A stretch of 63,982 nt of DNA, filler included, from Octopus bimaculoides (taxonomy: Eukaryota), in the NCBI RefSeq assembly GCF_001194135.2. It is 5 parts of 5 records of this genome, joined end to end, with 100 filler letters (N's around TTAATTAATTAA, not from the genome) between each part and the next. Parts side by side here need not be neighbours in the genome. Positions count along the whole stretch, not along the records: positions 1 to 27,759 come from NC_068990.1; positions 27,860 to 43,843 come from NC_069003.1; 3 more parts are not named here. One strand, written 5' to 3'. Positions 15,321-29,906 of this stretch are shown one piece after another; within the stretch, counting starts at the first letter, position 1, and every line of letters starts with the position of its first letter. The translations under genes and the position numbers were made by a program. The notes under the pieces are model-generated. The model was not told where the DNA came from, did no database searches, and was given only the letters and a program-made list of their open reading frames with translations.

Positions 15321-15514
15321 CGACGGGTTGCTGAAAAGTTCCTTGTTCTGGTTAAAGAAAATACAGGAGGATCAGTAAATTGTGATTTTATACAACATAT
15401 TCCCATCTTAGATTCAGACACTTATTGCAGCCCTGCAAAAGAACTCGGAAGTTTGGGCCTCCAACCAAGCCTTTCGCGATGCCCCCAAAACCAGGAACTA
15501 TTCAGCACTCCACA
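15321..15514 (-). mobile_element. Mariner-derived MITE (~200 bp)
   Basis: Short TIRs (CGACGGGTTGCTGAAAAGTTCC / GGAACTATTCAGCACTCC); same family as 31576-31794 in the opposite orientation. Confidence 0.7.
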
Positions 15515-16318
15515 TGCGGCATGTATGTGTACATACATTAATTCATGCATAGATAGATATACACACACACAATACATGCGTATACGGATACATACATACA
15601 GTAATACATACAAATTTTGGTTTTCGTAGTATCCGTTTCATAAATGGCTGTTGGTGAAAGGAAAAGTAACATCGATGACATTTACTCAGTATGCCACTGA
15701 GAACCGTGGAATTGAAACAAACACTTTTAACACACACACACAGCCTAATTGTTACTGAACATTATATATATTTTAGGTGCAACTTTCTCCTTATCATTCT
15801 CATTCTTTTTAAATCGATATATTTATATAAATCATTATACATTGCTGTTAAAACTATCTTAATTTCTGGTGTGTGAGAAAAACCAAAAGTTCCTGACACA
15901 ACTATATATTTAACTGATATATATTTTCGAAAAACTCGTTACTAACATTGCAAGACACTTTTCAGTGGAGACTTATATTTTTATATATTAGTTTCAGTAG
16001 ACCGTCATGAAAAGTAACTGAAATTGTCGAGTGAAGGAAAGTGAGGTTAAGAAAAGTAAAGAGATTTTAAATTGCAAACGACACACTTTTCGAGAATACG
16101 ACATAAATACTTAAAACCACTGAATCATTCTCTCTTCATCTAACAGAACTACTTCGATAGTCCTTTGCATGTGATACTACCATATAACAAGAAATTTAGA
16201 GCCACGCAAGGTAGATATTTTTTTAAAAAATGAAACATTTCAATTTCTTCTTGCATTTTGTTGGTAAACAGTAGACACATGCACGAGTATAAACACACAC
16301 ACACACACACACACATAC

Positions 16319-16349
<31 letters not shown>

Positions 16350-16611
16350 TACATTCACAAGTCTATGTATTTGAATGTATTCAGGAATTAAGCAGGCCGT
16401 CATCACAATAAAAGGCTCAGTTGAAATACTTGTAAGATTTATACGAAAATTTGCAGTAGTGTTTCTGATCGAGCCAGATCTTGTGAAGCGAATGAAAATA
16501 TAAATGGTGGCAGTAGTTACCAAATATCTGTAGTTGAAAGCGAGTAACAGCTAAAAAAGTCTGAACTAAAATTTTGGATGTTAAAGGAAATCATTACTTT
16601 TCTTACAAATT

Positions 16612-16797
16612 TTGGCACAAGGCCTGTAATTTTTGAGTGAGGGTAGTAAGTAGATTACACCCACACTAATGCTTAGCTGCTACTTATTTTATCGAATCCC
16701 CGGGAGGATGAAAGGTAATACTGACCTCGGCGGAATTTGATCTCAGATTGCAAAGAAGGACGAAACGCTACTACTGTTTCTGCCAGCTTCCTACCTT
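16612..16797 (-). mobile_element. Major tRNA-derived SINE family (SINE-A), decayed copy
   Basis: Contains family hallmarks GACCTCGGCGGAATTTGA.CTCAG and TCTGCCAGCT. Confidence 0.8.
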
Positions 16798-16989
16798 AAA
16801 TGAGATCCTTATATGAAGATGAAAAACAATGGAAGCAAAAACAATTTGCCTTAAATAAAATATTACAAACAAACACACATACAGACACACATGCGCATAC
16901 ACACATATATACATCCACACACTCACACACATATAATATTTATGTTACGTTTATTCAAATTATGTATGTGTGTATATATATATCACCGA

Positions 16990-17682
16990 TGAGGCTCTCT
17001 CGAGATTGAAAATAATGGTCTTTTGTTTTGCTCATTGTTCTTATTCATGGACTCTAAGGTGATTGGTGAGTCTAATTCTTGTTTGCAAGCTCCTTCCACA
17101 AAGAGGACACCTTATTCCGGGTGGATATTTACTTCTTGCCTATGCTTGTCTATCTTTTCTGCGCCTACTCTTCTCTCCTTGTTCGGCAGTCCTAATTGTC
17201 TCCTGCACACTTTATCCTGAGCATTTCTCTCCCAGTTCTTGGTGTCAATATTACACTTCTTGAAGTTGGCTTTTAGGACAACTTTGAATCTTTTCGTTCG
17301 CTCTCCTCTGCTTCATTTTCCGTCCATTTGTTGGGGATGGATTAAGATAGCTTCACTGGAAGCCATGTTGGCTTCTTTCAACATAGTCATGTTTGCACTT
17401 CTCAGCTGATGTGGAGAATACTTCTAAGAGAATGTTGGTAGGACATTTCAAGAGATTTTATGAGTATTCTGAACGTAGTCCACGTCATAGATGCGAATAA
17501 GCCCGTAGGGATGACGACTGCCTTGTATACCATCATTTTTGTGTCAGTTCGAGTGCATCGATCCTGGAACACTCCCGTGCTGTGACAGCCATGGGCAGCA
17601 TGGGTACCTTTGAAACGTTGCTGAATTTCGTCAATTGAAGTCCAAAACAAAATTCTCCACATGCTCCATCATCGAGTTTTAA
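16990..17682 (-). pseudogene. RTE/BovB-like LINE 3' fragment
   Basis: SIDEIQQR...VFQDRCTRTDTKMMVYKAVVIPT..ASMTWTT; KRFKVVLKANFKKCNIDTKNWE; C-terminal CPLCGRSLQTRIRLTNHLRVH zinc-finger-like end. Confidence 0.85.
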
Positions 17683-17684
17683 TA

Positions 17685-17978
<294 letters not shown>

Positions 17979-18429
17979 ACATGTATAATTTGAATAAATG
18001 CCAGTTTTCAAAGTAAAATTGATATACAAAGGGCTTTTTGACGTTATGATAAAAAGCTAAAATATCCTGTTTACTTGCTAAAGGGGAATACTTATAATTT
18101 ACTATGAATGAGAAAATTTAAACAACTTTAATTTTAAATGGTCCTGTTTTCAGGGGAGCAAAAATAAGCTCTGAAATGTAGGGGATTAAAGAAAATTAAG
18201 GGGTAAATGAATTATGTCTCGACAAATAATTTCAGAGACCACACGCCTATGACACACAATGCAAGAATAGGTGCAACAAACTTAAATATGACTTTAAAAC
18301 AAACATAAGACAACTAACCAAGTGATTGTTTTATTCACCTTTCTGAAGGGATTTTGTCTTCAATAAAATCATTTACAAAATATTATAAATCAAATAGTAA
18401 ATTATATAATATAATAATGAGATTGAATC

Positions 18430-20220
18430 TCTATCCCGTCTGATAAAACGAAGAATCTATACGTCGTTAACCTTAGCATTGTTTCTAATATATAAATTTA
18501 TTTCTAATTCCATCGCTAAAAGTTACAATAAAGTAAACTAATTGGAACATAATTAATGTGATTAACCTCCACGGACAAAATATTACGCCGGATTTGAATA
18601 TAGATAATAGAACCGAGCCACTGTTATCTAAATAACCCTACTGTGTTCAGTAACATTACAAACCTGATTTCGACCAAAGACCATCAATTAGATTAATCAA
18701 TGCAACTACAATTGACATCTAAGTAATTAGTAAAAAAATTCTGATTTATATTAGATAAACGTCTTTCTAAAGTCAAGGTGCGGTCGCCCTTAACATTATG
18801 AAAGAACTCCTAGATATAATCGAATATTTTAAATTAATCCAGAATGAGCGCAACACTAAATTTTTATAATTCGATATTGAAGGCTATTACCGGTCTATCA
18901 CACAACTGCTCTTAATCTGGGCACCCAGTTTAATTAATAGCGGCTGTGTGATAAGACGCCCAAACTAATTAATAACGACTGCATAATAACGCGTTCAACT
19001 TAATTGATAGCATTTGTGTCAGCGACATAACTTACTTCGGAAAAGATATCGTATCCCATGCAGGCAAAGTCGTCATGGATTAAGACTCTTTACGGATTAA
19101 CTGACAATCCAAATTATATTTAACATGAGCATGATAGATAACCACTGGGTAAAAATTAGCGAACTTATATTTATCATACTATAAATTTTTAACGATAAGG
19201 TCTTTAATAGTAAAGGAAATCTCTATCAAAATAGATGTTTTCTGCTTTTGTATAATTGTAGTTAACATATACCACGTAAAAAAAAAAACAAAAAAACTGC
19301 ATCTTTTTTCAAGAACTTTTGATTCCCGATTAATTCTTTTTTTTTTTTTGTATATTATTTTAGATTTCACCAAGTCCCGATTTTTATCCATTCATGAGCC
19401 AAACGAATTACTCTGCACTTATTCTGGATTAATTTGCGTCACCTATTAACGGCGGCTTCACAACTATATGCATAAATATTGTAAAACCCTAAGAATATCA
19501 TTAATAATTTATTCAAGATAATTTTCCTTAGATTATTTCATCTTTCTGGAAATAAGGAAATTGTTACGAAGGCTATTGCTTAAAGTAAAGCTCTTCCTAT
19601 AAGTGGCTTAAAAATTTCTTCAAATACGTGTCACGTATAGAACCACATTCTGAAAGAAATTCAAAGTATTCCTTGATATAACATCCCCACATCCCCTTCA
19701 AACTTCAATGTTTTACCAAATCACAGATGTTATGAACTAATTATGAAGAACTTGCCTAAAACTTTCCTATACCTCTACATCTAAATTTGCCAACATCTTA
19801 GCCTCATTTCTTAAGTCTGCCTAACAATCTTAACCATACAATATTGTGTTTCATCCAAATAGATGCATTTTGGAATTTAGTTGCTTTCTTTTCCTATAGT
19901 TTGCCAATGCACCATACTAGTAAATAAGTCTCGGCGCACACTCTGAGATTTCACCGTTATTCCTCGTAAAATACCCCTGAAGAATCATGCTCCTATATTT
20001 AGAAAGCCTTACAAAAGCAATGTAACTTTTCACGTTTCATTTGAAAACTGAAAAATACTATCCTGTCAACATAAAACTGATACACTTTAACCAGTATTAA
20101 CACATCGGTATGAGAAGACCGTGAAATATTTACACTTCCGGGAACTTATCAATCATCTATGCCAAAGTCATTCAGAATTCTTAAAAAGTAACAGAAGTTT
20201 CAAGAATTATATTCGTTAGA
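18430..20220 (+). pseudogene. Fossil Penelope-like element (RT plus GIY-YIG endonuclease)
   Basis: Remnants in PLE order: KPDFDQRPSIRLINAT, KFYNFDIEGYY, KISELI, KLSYTSTSKFANIL, YKATVTFH..EKYY (GIY-YIG region). Many stops and frameshifts. Confidence 0.5.
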
Positions 20221-20676
20221 AACACAATTTCTTTCGTTATACGTAAAGTTTCTTTATACGTATAGCTATTTCAATTGTGTAATTTTAATTACAATTATTT
20301 TGAACTCAATGTGCTCCATGACATTCTACCTTAAATATGCCGAATTCACTCTTCTAGAGCCCTTAGTGATAATAGTTATTTGCAATTGACTATTTCTACG
20401 TACATTTAAAATTAATATTTAAACATACCATTAACTTTAGAATTATGTTGCCACACAGGCTGTATTCCTTCTTTGAAATACATTTAGGCACATAAACTAA
20501 TTTGTGTTGCAGTTCAACCTCCTTCAAATATTCCTTCTATTTAGCTTTTATAATACTATTTTAAACACCTACTTAGAAATACTATTCATAATTTTACCAA
20601 ATTGATAATGCTTTATTTGTTGTATCCTGCATGTATACGACGTTTACTTTTGTCTCATAGATTCCGGTTTACTACC

Positions 20677-20861
20677 GGCACAAGGCCTGCAATTCTGAGG
20701 GAGGGAGGAAATTCAGAGTCTAACCGGTAGTTATCTTATCGACCACGAAAAGATGAAGGACAAATTCGATCGCGGCGGAATTTGAACATATAAGGTAAAG
20801 TCGGAAAAAATGCCGCTAAGAATTTTGCCAAGCGTGCTAAGGGTTCTACCAGTTCGCCGCC
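20677..20861 (-). mobile_element. SINE-A copy
   Basis: GGCACAAGGCCTGCAATT...CGGCGGAATTTGAAC...TTCTACCAGTTCGCCGCC. Confidence 0.8.
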
Positions 20862-20896
20862 GCACATTCGTCTTATATGACGGCTTGAAATTTTAC

Positions 20897-21090
20897 CACA
20901 CGGCCAGTCATTCGAGGGAGGAGGGTAAGACGATTATATCGAACTCAATGGTCTGCTGGTATTTATTTTATAGTCTTCAAAAGGATGATAGGCAAAGTCG
21001 ATCTCAGGGGAATTTGAACGCAGAATGTGGAGACGGACGGAATGACGCTAAGCATTTTACCCGGCGGGATAATGATTCAACCAGCGCACT
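20897..21090 (-). mobile_element. SINE-A copy (tandem with previous)
   Basis: AAGGATGATAGGCAAAGTCGATCTCAGGGGAATTTGAAC...AAGCATTTTACCCGGCG. Confidence 0.8.
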
Positions 21091-21249
21091 GCATTCTTTT
21101 GTCTCATACATTAAAAATTCACTCTAACAAAGTTTTAAAATTTCTGTGAAGGATATACTTGCAATTAGCTACTTCTCTATGCTACTTCTACTTTCAACTA
21201 TTCTTCTAAAGTCACTTTCTAAACTAGCTCATAATTCTCCTCTTTGCTC

Positions 21250-22490
21250 CACCTATAAACAACGGTTTCACTTTCTTCCTTGCATTAAGTGTTTTTGCTT
21301 TTATTATATATATTAAATATAATATTGTAAAAAAAATACATATTTTCTTTTTCTATGTAAGAACTACAATTACAATAAACATTTAGTTTATCAAGGATAT
21401 ACCTCACATGTTTTGGATATTTTCATAATTTCTACAATTCATCTATAATGTAGCCTACATTTATTCCAGCTATTGATAGAACACTCCTGATTGTCAAACT
21501 CACTAAAGCTTTACATTTACTTCTAATTCTACATTGCATATTTCCTGAACACTAAATATCTGATGACACTAATCCAGCATGGTTTCATTTAAATAATATC
21601 TAAAATACCTTATAGATTCTAGCAATCGTTATCAATTTGTCTTTATTTCTTAGACACTTGATCAAATATCTACTATAAGCACATGTAAACATTAATATAT
21701 TTTTCTTAATTTTTCTTAAATCTTTTTTTATCTTCTACTCTCCGGATCATAGTTTGCTTCCATGATAACTGAAGGCGATGTTATACCAATGAACACTTTG
21801 TATTTCTTTTGAAATAGACATCTCGAATAAATTATTAATGATATTCCTTGTGTGTTACAATCGCTAAAACATAGACATCAGTTCAATTTCATTTCTTTAA
21901 TCCATGAATGCTACTTTTAATTTTATATTTGATATAGGCATTGAATATTATATAAGATACATGATCTGATGTGGGAGTTTGTGTAAAGTATGTCTCGCTT
22001 TTTAATGAGATTGTTCAATGATGTTTAAGCTAAGAAAGGGAAATATGGAATATGGTATTTTGAGTGAGTTTCCACTAAAAACTTAGCGGTATTTGAATAT
22101 AACTAGGAAGCGTTTTGCTTTAAGTATAGGAAAGGTTTGGTTACTGGTATCGTTACTGAGAAATAAAGGGAGATTTATGTAAGATTGATTTATAGTTTAA
22201 TGTTCCTGTTGTTATCCGTTTTTGTGCAATGCATATAATTTTAAAACCCATGTTTTAAAGCGTTCATGTATGTATTAGCATTTCAGTTCTAACAAACGTC
22301 ACTGTGGGGCGTCGGAAGGCTACAAATGGATATATATATTTATTGCAGGGTTTTGCTTGGGTTTCTCTCAGAGCAATAATGGGCGAAATTTGTTAAGTAT
22401 GAAGAGTGCAATCAGGTCACTTGCGCCAGTTACGTTCACTGCGTATATGTTAAGAGCGAAGAGATACGGGCGGTTATACAACATGTCATT
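21250..22490 (-). pseudogene. Decayed LINE APE-endonuclease region
   Basis: Minus-strand remnants LNIYAVNV.G, IIALRETQ, SDH and KPCWIS; heavily degenerate. Confidence 0.35.
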
Positions 22491-23462
22491 GTTGTAGGAA
22501 AGAAAAATTTTCAGAGAGTTCAAGTTCATAAAGTATTATTTCAGGCTTAAGAATAGCAAGATGAACTGCTTCTTATCAGCAAAGATACATATATAATCAG
22601 AAGTAAACTGAATTTATCCTACTAGGTGCGATGAAAGGAACCACTCATTTAGGACGATGAATCAGTGGACCTGAGAGCGTCGGGAAGAACGCTTTGTGGT
22701 ATCTTTTCCAGCTCTTTATATATATATCGAGAGAGAGATAGATACACACACGCAAATACATATGTATGTGTTTGTGTGCGAGTTTAATATCGTTTCATAT
22801 TTCAATGAACAGCTCTGGCCGCATTCAGTGAGTAAAGTCGGTAACAGAATATAAAGAGAGAAAGAGCGAGATTAGTGTCTATATTGTCTGCATTGTATAT
22901 ATTGACTGAAAATATCCAGTGCCCCATGCAGTGTAGAACAATACGTTGCGAGTTTAATATCGTTTCATATTTAAATGAACAGCTCTGGCCGCATTCATTG
23001 AGTAAAGTCGGTAACAGAATATAAACGGCTGGAGCTGAAATAAACTAACGATTCCATCTTTTGGAATACATGTCCTATATCAGCAGTTTAGCCTAATATT
23101 TCAATCAATAAATGTTTATGTCCAAACTGCTGGATTTTTCTTCTCCACAGAGAATTTTAATATACTTTGTTGTGTTGTTGCTTGCTGTTGCTTATAATTT
23201 ATAATTTTTTATTGTTCTAGTCGTAAATGTTGTGGTTTATAAAAGTAGACCGATTGTTTTAAGAAACTATTGCTGGTGATATTATTGTTAGTGTTGTTGA
23301 TGGTCAGATTCCTTTTGACTGAGCAGACGTATTATCACAGCCATACCAGCTAATAGATGTGCCTGTGCTTCGTCCTCGTCTCATCAAGAACTAAGTTATC
23401 CAATGTTGCCCGCCGTTTCTAACAGAGTGAGATATTATTTGAGAGCGACATAGACGGTGTTT

Positions 23463-23595
23463 ATACTACTACTACTAATAATAATAATACTACTACTACT
23501 ACTAATAATAATAATAATACTACTACTACTACCACTACTACTACTACTACCACTACTACTACTACTACCACTACTGCTGCTGCTGCTGCTGCTAC
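23463..23595. repeat. Compound (ACT)n/(AAT)n/(GCT)n trinucleotide array
   Basis: Direct reading. Confidence 0.9.
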
Positions 23596-25634
23596 AGTTA
23601 GTAGAGTAGTAGTCGTATGAGCATGATGATTATGATATTGATGGTTTCATAATATACATAAAAATCATTGCAACCAAGTCTATAGCATTCCACATTCAAT
23701 CAATCGTCTATTCACTCTATAGGACTTTATTCGCGAACTATGACGAATATAATTCACACGTATGATTCGCCATCTGTCCCTCGATGTATCAAAGAGAAAA
23801 CCCTGGAGATGAGTTACTGAACTTACAAAGGTTACTAAACGGCTATCGATCCAGTGCTGTAGGTTTCACAAACTTCTGCTGTATTACCTATACCAATAGT
23901 CTAGGTTGTATTGCAGGGGCTTACATCATAAATAAATATTGTATGTCCTGGAGTGGACAGGAAATGTTGTGTTTTGCAAATATATATGAATCTGATGAGA
24001 AGTAAATATCCTAAATTTAGAATAAGCTGTTGAAAAAAGGAAAGAAACAAATGTATATAGTTTATATTCCATCATCATCCACAACACTGTTTCCTGGATT
24101 TATTTGTCTATGACTTATAGTGTTATTGTAACTTTTAGTATTACATTTATGCAAAATATATTTTTCATAATTTTAAAGTCACTTTTAAATTTGATTTCAA
24201 AAGTCACTGACATTATACGTAATTTTTTGTTGTTGATTCTGAAGAAAAAGTTCATAAATATCGATATTTATGATTCTTTCTTGCCAACATTCCGTTTCTG
24301 CTATTGTGTATATATTAATGTGTTTATTATTGCATATTATTGTATTCATGATCTAAAAGTTTCACAATTATAACTATATAAGTACGTACATTTATATATA
24401 TATATATATGTTTATACATCTGTTTTTTGTCTACACCACCTGTCTTCGTCTTTTGTTTTTTTTTATGAATTCTCCCACTACGTATATGAATACTGGTTGC
24501 AATAAGTGGAATACGTCCAGTTACAAGAGTTTTGTATTTGACCATTCCAGTACCAGGTCTTATTTCAGACCTGTACATATTGTATTAATCTCTGTTTATT
24601 GAATGATTAAGGTATATTTTGGTCCAAAATGGAAGCTGCTAATGCAAAGGCTTACGGTGGTATATGATCATACTCATACACACATACACTAATATAAATC
24701 AACATATAGAACATTTAATCAGGATTGCATTACAGCGCTTCTACACACAGACACTAACACACTCACAACGAAACAGAAACAGATTCACACACATGCATCC
24801 AGACGCCTACGCCCACCATTGTTCTGGAATGATAAATGATAATGATGAATAAAATGTCTTCCAATAAACCGAATAACGGAGCAAAAAGCGGAACGTTGGC
24901 AGAAAATTTCATAAATTTCTGAATTTACGTTTTTCCAATTCCATTGAGATATATAAAGACATTGTAAAAGTAATAACTGACTTTTGAAAACGAGTCTAAA
25001 ATTGACTTTTGTAATTGAAAAAAACATATACATAAACTAATAAATAAGGTAAGTTTTAGACATGATAAATTCAAGGAATATTATGATAATGTCGAGTAAA
25101 TACAAGCTGTACGTTATCATATATTTACTTACTACTTTTATTTCTTTTACGCCTCACTCTAAATTTAGTATATCTACTCTGCAATAAATTGTTCATCTTT
25201 GTTTACGCAGCACAAAATCCGGTGCTCATTACAATACAAAGAATACAACTTCATTATAAGTAGATCGAATGTTGACCTAAATATGCGGAAGTAGGTGAAA
25301 CATTCGGCAGTAGTATATAGAATATTCATGATTGCAGTAAATTCTTGTGCATTTCGTTTTCTGCTCATAAAGATTATGCTTGGTGACAAAGTGACAAAAC
25401 TCTTCGCAACGTGTGGAAGACACATTTCGTGAATAGATTTGCATGAAGAAGAGAAAATTGATATAGTATTCCATCTCTTTTTAAGACGTATATTTCTTAG
25501 CGACAGAGGCATTATTAATACCGAAAAGCAATATTTATCTCAACGTAAACATGACTCTTCTGTTAGAACAAACAATACTGCAGTAGTTTCTATGAGATCA
25601 ACGCTCATATTGGGTTATGGTCTTTTATATATAT

Positions 25635-26480
25635 NNNNNNNNNNNNNNNNNNNNNNNNNNNNNNNNNNNNNNNNNNNNNNNNNNNNNNNNNNNNNNNNNN
25701 NNNNNNNNNNNNNNNNNNNNNNNNNNNNNNNNNNNNNNNNNNNNNNNNNNNNNNNNNNNNNNNNNNNNNNNNNNNNNNNNNNNNNNNNNNNNNNNNNNNN
25801 NNNNNNNNNNNNNNNNNNNNNNNNNNNNNNNNNNNNNNNNNNNNNNNNNNNNNNNNNNNNNNNNNNNNNNNNNNNNNNNNNNNNNNNNNNNNNNNNNNNN
25901 NNNNNNNNNNNNNNNNNNNNNNNNNNNNNNNNNNNNNNNNNNNNNNNNNNNNNNNNNNNNNNNNNNNNNNNNNNNNNNNNNNNNNNNNNNNNNNNNNNNN
26001 NNNNNNNNNNNNNNNNNNNNNNNNNNNNNNNNNNNNNNNNNNNNNNNNNNNNNNNNNNNNNNNNNNNNNNNNNNNNNNNNNNNNNNNNNNNNNNNNNNNN
26101 NNNNNNNNNNNNNNNNNNNNNNNNNNNNNNNNNNNNNNNNNNNNNNNNNNNNNNNNNNNNNNNNNNNNNNNNNNNNNNNNNNNNNNNNNNNNNNNNNNNN
26201 NNNNNNNNNNNNNNNNNNNNNNNNNNNNNNNNNNNNNNNNNNNNNNNNNNNNNNNNNNNNNNNNNNNNNNNNNNNNNNNNNNNNNNNNNNNNNNNNNNNN
26301 NNNNNNNNNNNNNNNNNNNNNNNNNNNNNNNNNNNNNNNNNNNNNNNNNNNNNNNNNNNNNNNNNNNNNNNNNNNNNNNNNNNNNNNNNNNNNNNNNNNN
26401 NNNNNNNNNNNNNNNNNNNNNNNNNNNNNNNNNNNNNNNNNNNNNNNNNNNNNNNNNNNNNNNNNNNNNNNNNNNNNNNN
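25635..26480. other. Assembly gap (N run)
   Basis: Ns flanked by (TA)n. Other large gaps at 40351-41166, 58486-59212 and 61429-61780. Confidence 0.99.
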
Positions 26481-26481
26481 N

Positions 26482-26531
<50 letters not shown>

Positions 26532-26608
26532 CATACAGATGCAGGCACATGTGTATATATAAATATGTGTGTAATCTGATAAGTCACAAAATAATAATAA
26601 AAATAATA

Positions 26609-26643
<35 letters not shown>

Positions 26644-27759
26644 AAAAGCCTACATTTATCTTTTGGTTTCTGCCAGTTTAAACATTCAGTGAGAAAATGA
26701 TAGAAACCATGTTTTGTATATTAATCCTCAACAGTAATCCAGAGATATCAGTTTGTCAATACTAATTTAATATCAAGCGGGCACCGGATCCCCAACGGAT
26801 CAGTTTTCTTCTCTTTTTTAAGTTTTAAGCACACAGTTGGTTAATACCAGGTCGTATCTATGAAATAATAGGTAACAGATTGATGGATATGTGTATGTAA
26901 TGTATATATGTATCTAAATACATCGGCGTGCAATTTTGTATCGATTTCTTTATCTAGATATGAACATATGCATGTACGTCAATATACACTTAAATGTCAT
27001 ACGTATGTCTAATACAGGAGCAGATTCTTTTTTATCACTCTAATTCTCAGCGTCTCATGAGTGTCCCACATAATTTTTTTTGTGGACCATGTAAAACCTA
27101 CACCTAATTTCTAGGTGAACGTAACTAAGCAAAAATGTATAAGAGAAACATTTTGTATATCAAAATATACTATGCATGAACGCACCTCCCATAACATCGT
27201 GTATGGTGCAAGCGTTAAAGTGATACGTGGCCTCTCTTGGACTTCTAACTGTTACTATACATAACATGCTGCAACGAAGGAACAAGAGAAAGTTTCGAAA
27301 TACCTTCTTCGCCTCTCCAGTTCGTGCTTCACAGAGTTCAATACACACAGACTTCTCCACGTCTGGCTGTACAGCCTTTTTGTTTGCTTATGTCACCGTT
27401 TCGTCTTCCTGTCTTGTTTTCCGTCCGCCACTATCCTCCACGAAAAAATTTAATTTGTGTTCGTTGGAAGAACCATTTTAACGATGCGTCCTGCCCTAAC
27501 TCTTCGAAATGCCGGTGCTTTAATGGTGTCAGCTGATAAAGATATGCTCTCTATGTGGCCTGCTTGTTTGTTGTACCTTGTTTATCATTTTGTCCATGTT
27601 CTTTTGCAACGTCATGTACCCAGATATGTATCTATATGTACATGTAGATGAAGGTATGTACATACATGTACATATATATGCATATACTCATATATTGTTT
27701 GTATCACACGACGAACGCACGCTTTATCTTTACACAGTAAGTTTTGAACTATATATATA

Positions 27760-27859
27760 NNNNNNNNNNNNNNNNNNNNNNNNNNNNNNNNNNNNNNNNN
27801 NNNTTAATTAATTAANNNNNNNNNNNNNNNNNNNNNNNNNNNNNNNNNNNNNNNNNNNN
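27760..27859. other. Scaffolding spacer N44-TTAATTAATTAA-N44
   Basis: Exactly 100 bp; identical blocks at 43844-43943, 59927-60026 and 62841-62940. Confidence 0.95.
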
Positions 27860-27921
<62 letters not shown>

Positions 27922-28316
27922 TGTGTGTGAGTTTGTGTATGCAGCTGAAGAGGGCGAAAAATATAATACACTCCTATTATCCTAGATAATAGTCTGTAAA
28001 ATTGAAGACGTGTCGACTGGAAAATTACTATGCGGGCGCGCGCACACACACGCACAAACACACACACACACATATATATAGATATACAAATATATACATA
28101 GTGCGTATATTTATGTACACGTACACCAAACATAATGCATATTTGTGTATATGAGTAGCATAGTGTATATACAAAGATAAGATATTTACATTCTTTTATT
28201 GTATATACATATATTTAATTGGTTTCAATTTATCTCTTCCGCTCTCTCAATCTCCTTCGTCATGCATATATGCATATATATGTATATGTGTGTGTGTGTG
28301 TGTGTGTATCTATTTT

Positions 28317-28368
<52 letters not shown>

Positions 28369-28622
28369 NNNNNNNNNNNNNNNNNNNNNNNNNNNNNNNN
28401 NNNNNNNNNNNNNNNNNNNNNNNNNNNNNNNNNNNNNNNNNNNNNNNNNNNNNNNNNNNNNNNNNNNNNNNNNNNNNNNNNNNNNNNNNNNNNNNNNNNN
28501 NNNNNNNNNNNNNNNNNNNNNNATATATAAATATATATATATATATATAGTTATAGTTAGATAGATAGACAGATAGACAAACAGGCAGACAGACAGACAG
28601 ACAGACAGTTAGACAGACATAC

Positions 28623-28666
<44 letters not shown>

Positions 28667-28817
28667 GCATAAATTTAAATATATAAGACTTACATTTGTT
28701 ACTACAACATAAACGCCAAAACATTTTGTAGCGCAACAATTAAGTGCATTAACACACAAACATAGTCAAACAAATATACATACATACCTACACACATAAC
28801 ACGCTAATAACATACAT

Positions 28818-28880
<63 letters not shown>

Positions 28881-29254
28881 TAGTTGGGAGCACTGCAACA
28901 CAAAATTAAGCAATAAATATATAAAACCCATAAAATGAATGACAAATATCATTGATGCTTCAGTCACAATAGATACGGTAATAGCTAAATTAAACAAACT
29001 TCTTTCTTAAAGTGTTTCTATGAAGCATTATCGCTGTCTCTTCTACGGTTTCCTATTTAATCTTTAAACGCCATTTCCGGTGATTCACTCCCGTTTCCTC
29101 TTTCGTCTTGTTGTTATCTCTCATTTTTGCTTGTTTCTTTTTTTTTTTTTATTAATTACTGTCTTCCTGTATTCGTTATCTATTTGTATTTGCGTTTATA
29201 TTTATTTTTTATTTATGCGTATGTATTTGTTTTTATATTTGTGTTTATGTATGC

Positions 29255-29286
<32 letters not shown>

Positions 29287-29722
29287 NNNNNNNNNNNNNN
29301 NNNNNNNNNNNNNNNNNNNNNNNNNNNNNNNNNNNNNNNNNNNNNNNNNNNNNNNNNNNNNNNNNNNNNNNNNNNNNNNNNNNNNNNNNNNNNNNNNNNN
29401 NNNNNNNNNNNNNNNNNNNNNNNNNNNNNNNNNNNNNNNNNNNNNNNNNNNNNNNNNNNNNNNNNNNNNNNNNNNNNNNNNNNNNNNNNNNNNNNNNNNN
29501 NNNNNNNNNNNNNNNNNNNNNNNNNNNNNNNNNNNNNNNNNNNNNNNNNNNNNATATATATTTATGTATATATGTGTGTGTTTTTGTAGTTATATATTTG
29601 TGTTAATATTGATTATTATTTAATTTACCTTTTTTGTTATATTATTTTATTTACTTTTGTTGGGTGTTATGTTGGTTTAGTTTCATTTACTTTTGCACAA
29701 TTCCTGCAATATTCTTTTCTAC

Positions 29723-29906
29723 TCTAGGCACAAGGCCCGAAATTTTGGGGGAGGGGCCAGTCGATTAGATCTACCCCAGTACGCAACTGGTACTTAATTT
29801 ATCGACTCCGAAAGGTTGAAAGACAAAGTCGGAGTCGGCGGAATTTGAACTCAGAACGTAAAGATATACGAAATACCGCTAAGCGTTTCTGCCAGTTCGC
29901 CACCTT
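29723..29906 (-). mobile_element. SINE-A copy
   Basis: CTAGGCACAAGGCCCGAAATTTTGGGGGAGG...CGGCGGAATTTGAACTCAGAACGTAAAG. Confidence 0.9.

Noticed and set aside
22777-23025. Repeat-spacer-repeat as a possible CRISPR array
   Set aside because: Only two 79-bp units, eukaryotic context and no cas genes.
23993-24040. CTGATGAG motif (also CTGATGA at ~21562 and ~45914)
   Set aside because: No stem II followed by GAAA and no NUH/stem I partner.
27160-27536. Overlapping short ORFs on both strands in GC-richer sequence
   Set aside because: No motif or convincing splice boundaries recognised.
27804-27815. TTAATTAATTAA palindrome repeated four times in the window
   Set aside because: Always centred in exactly 44+44 Ns; an assembly spacer rather than a biological element.
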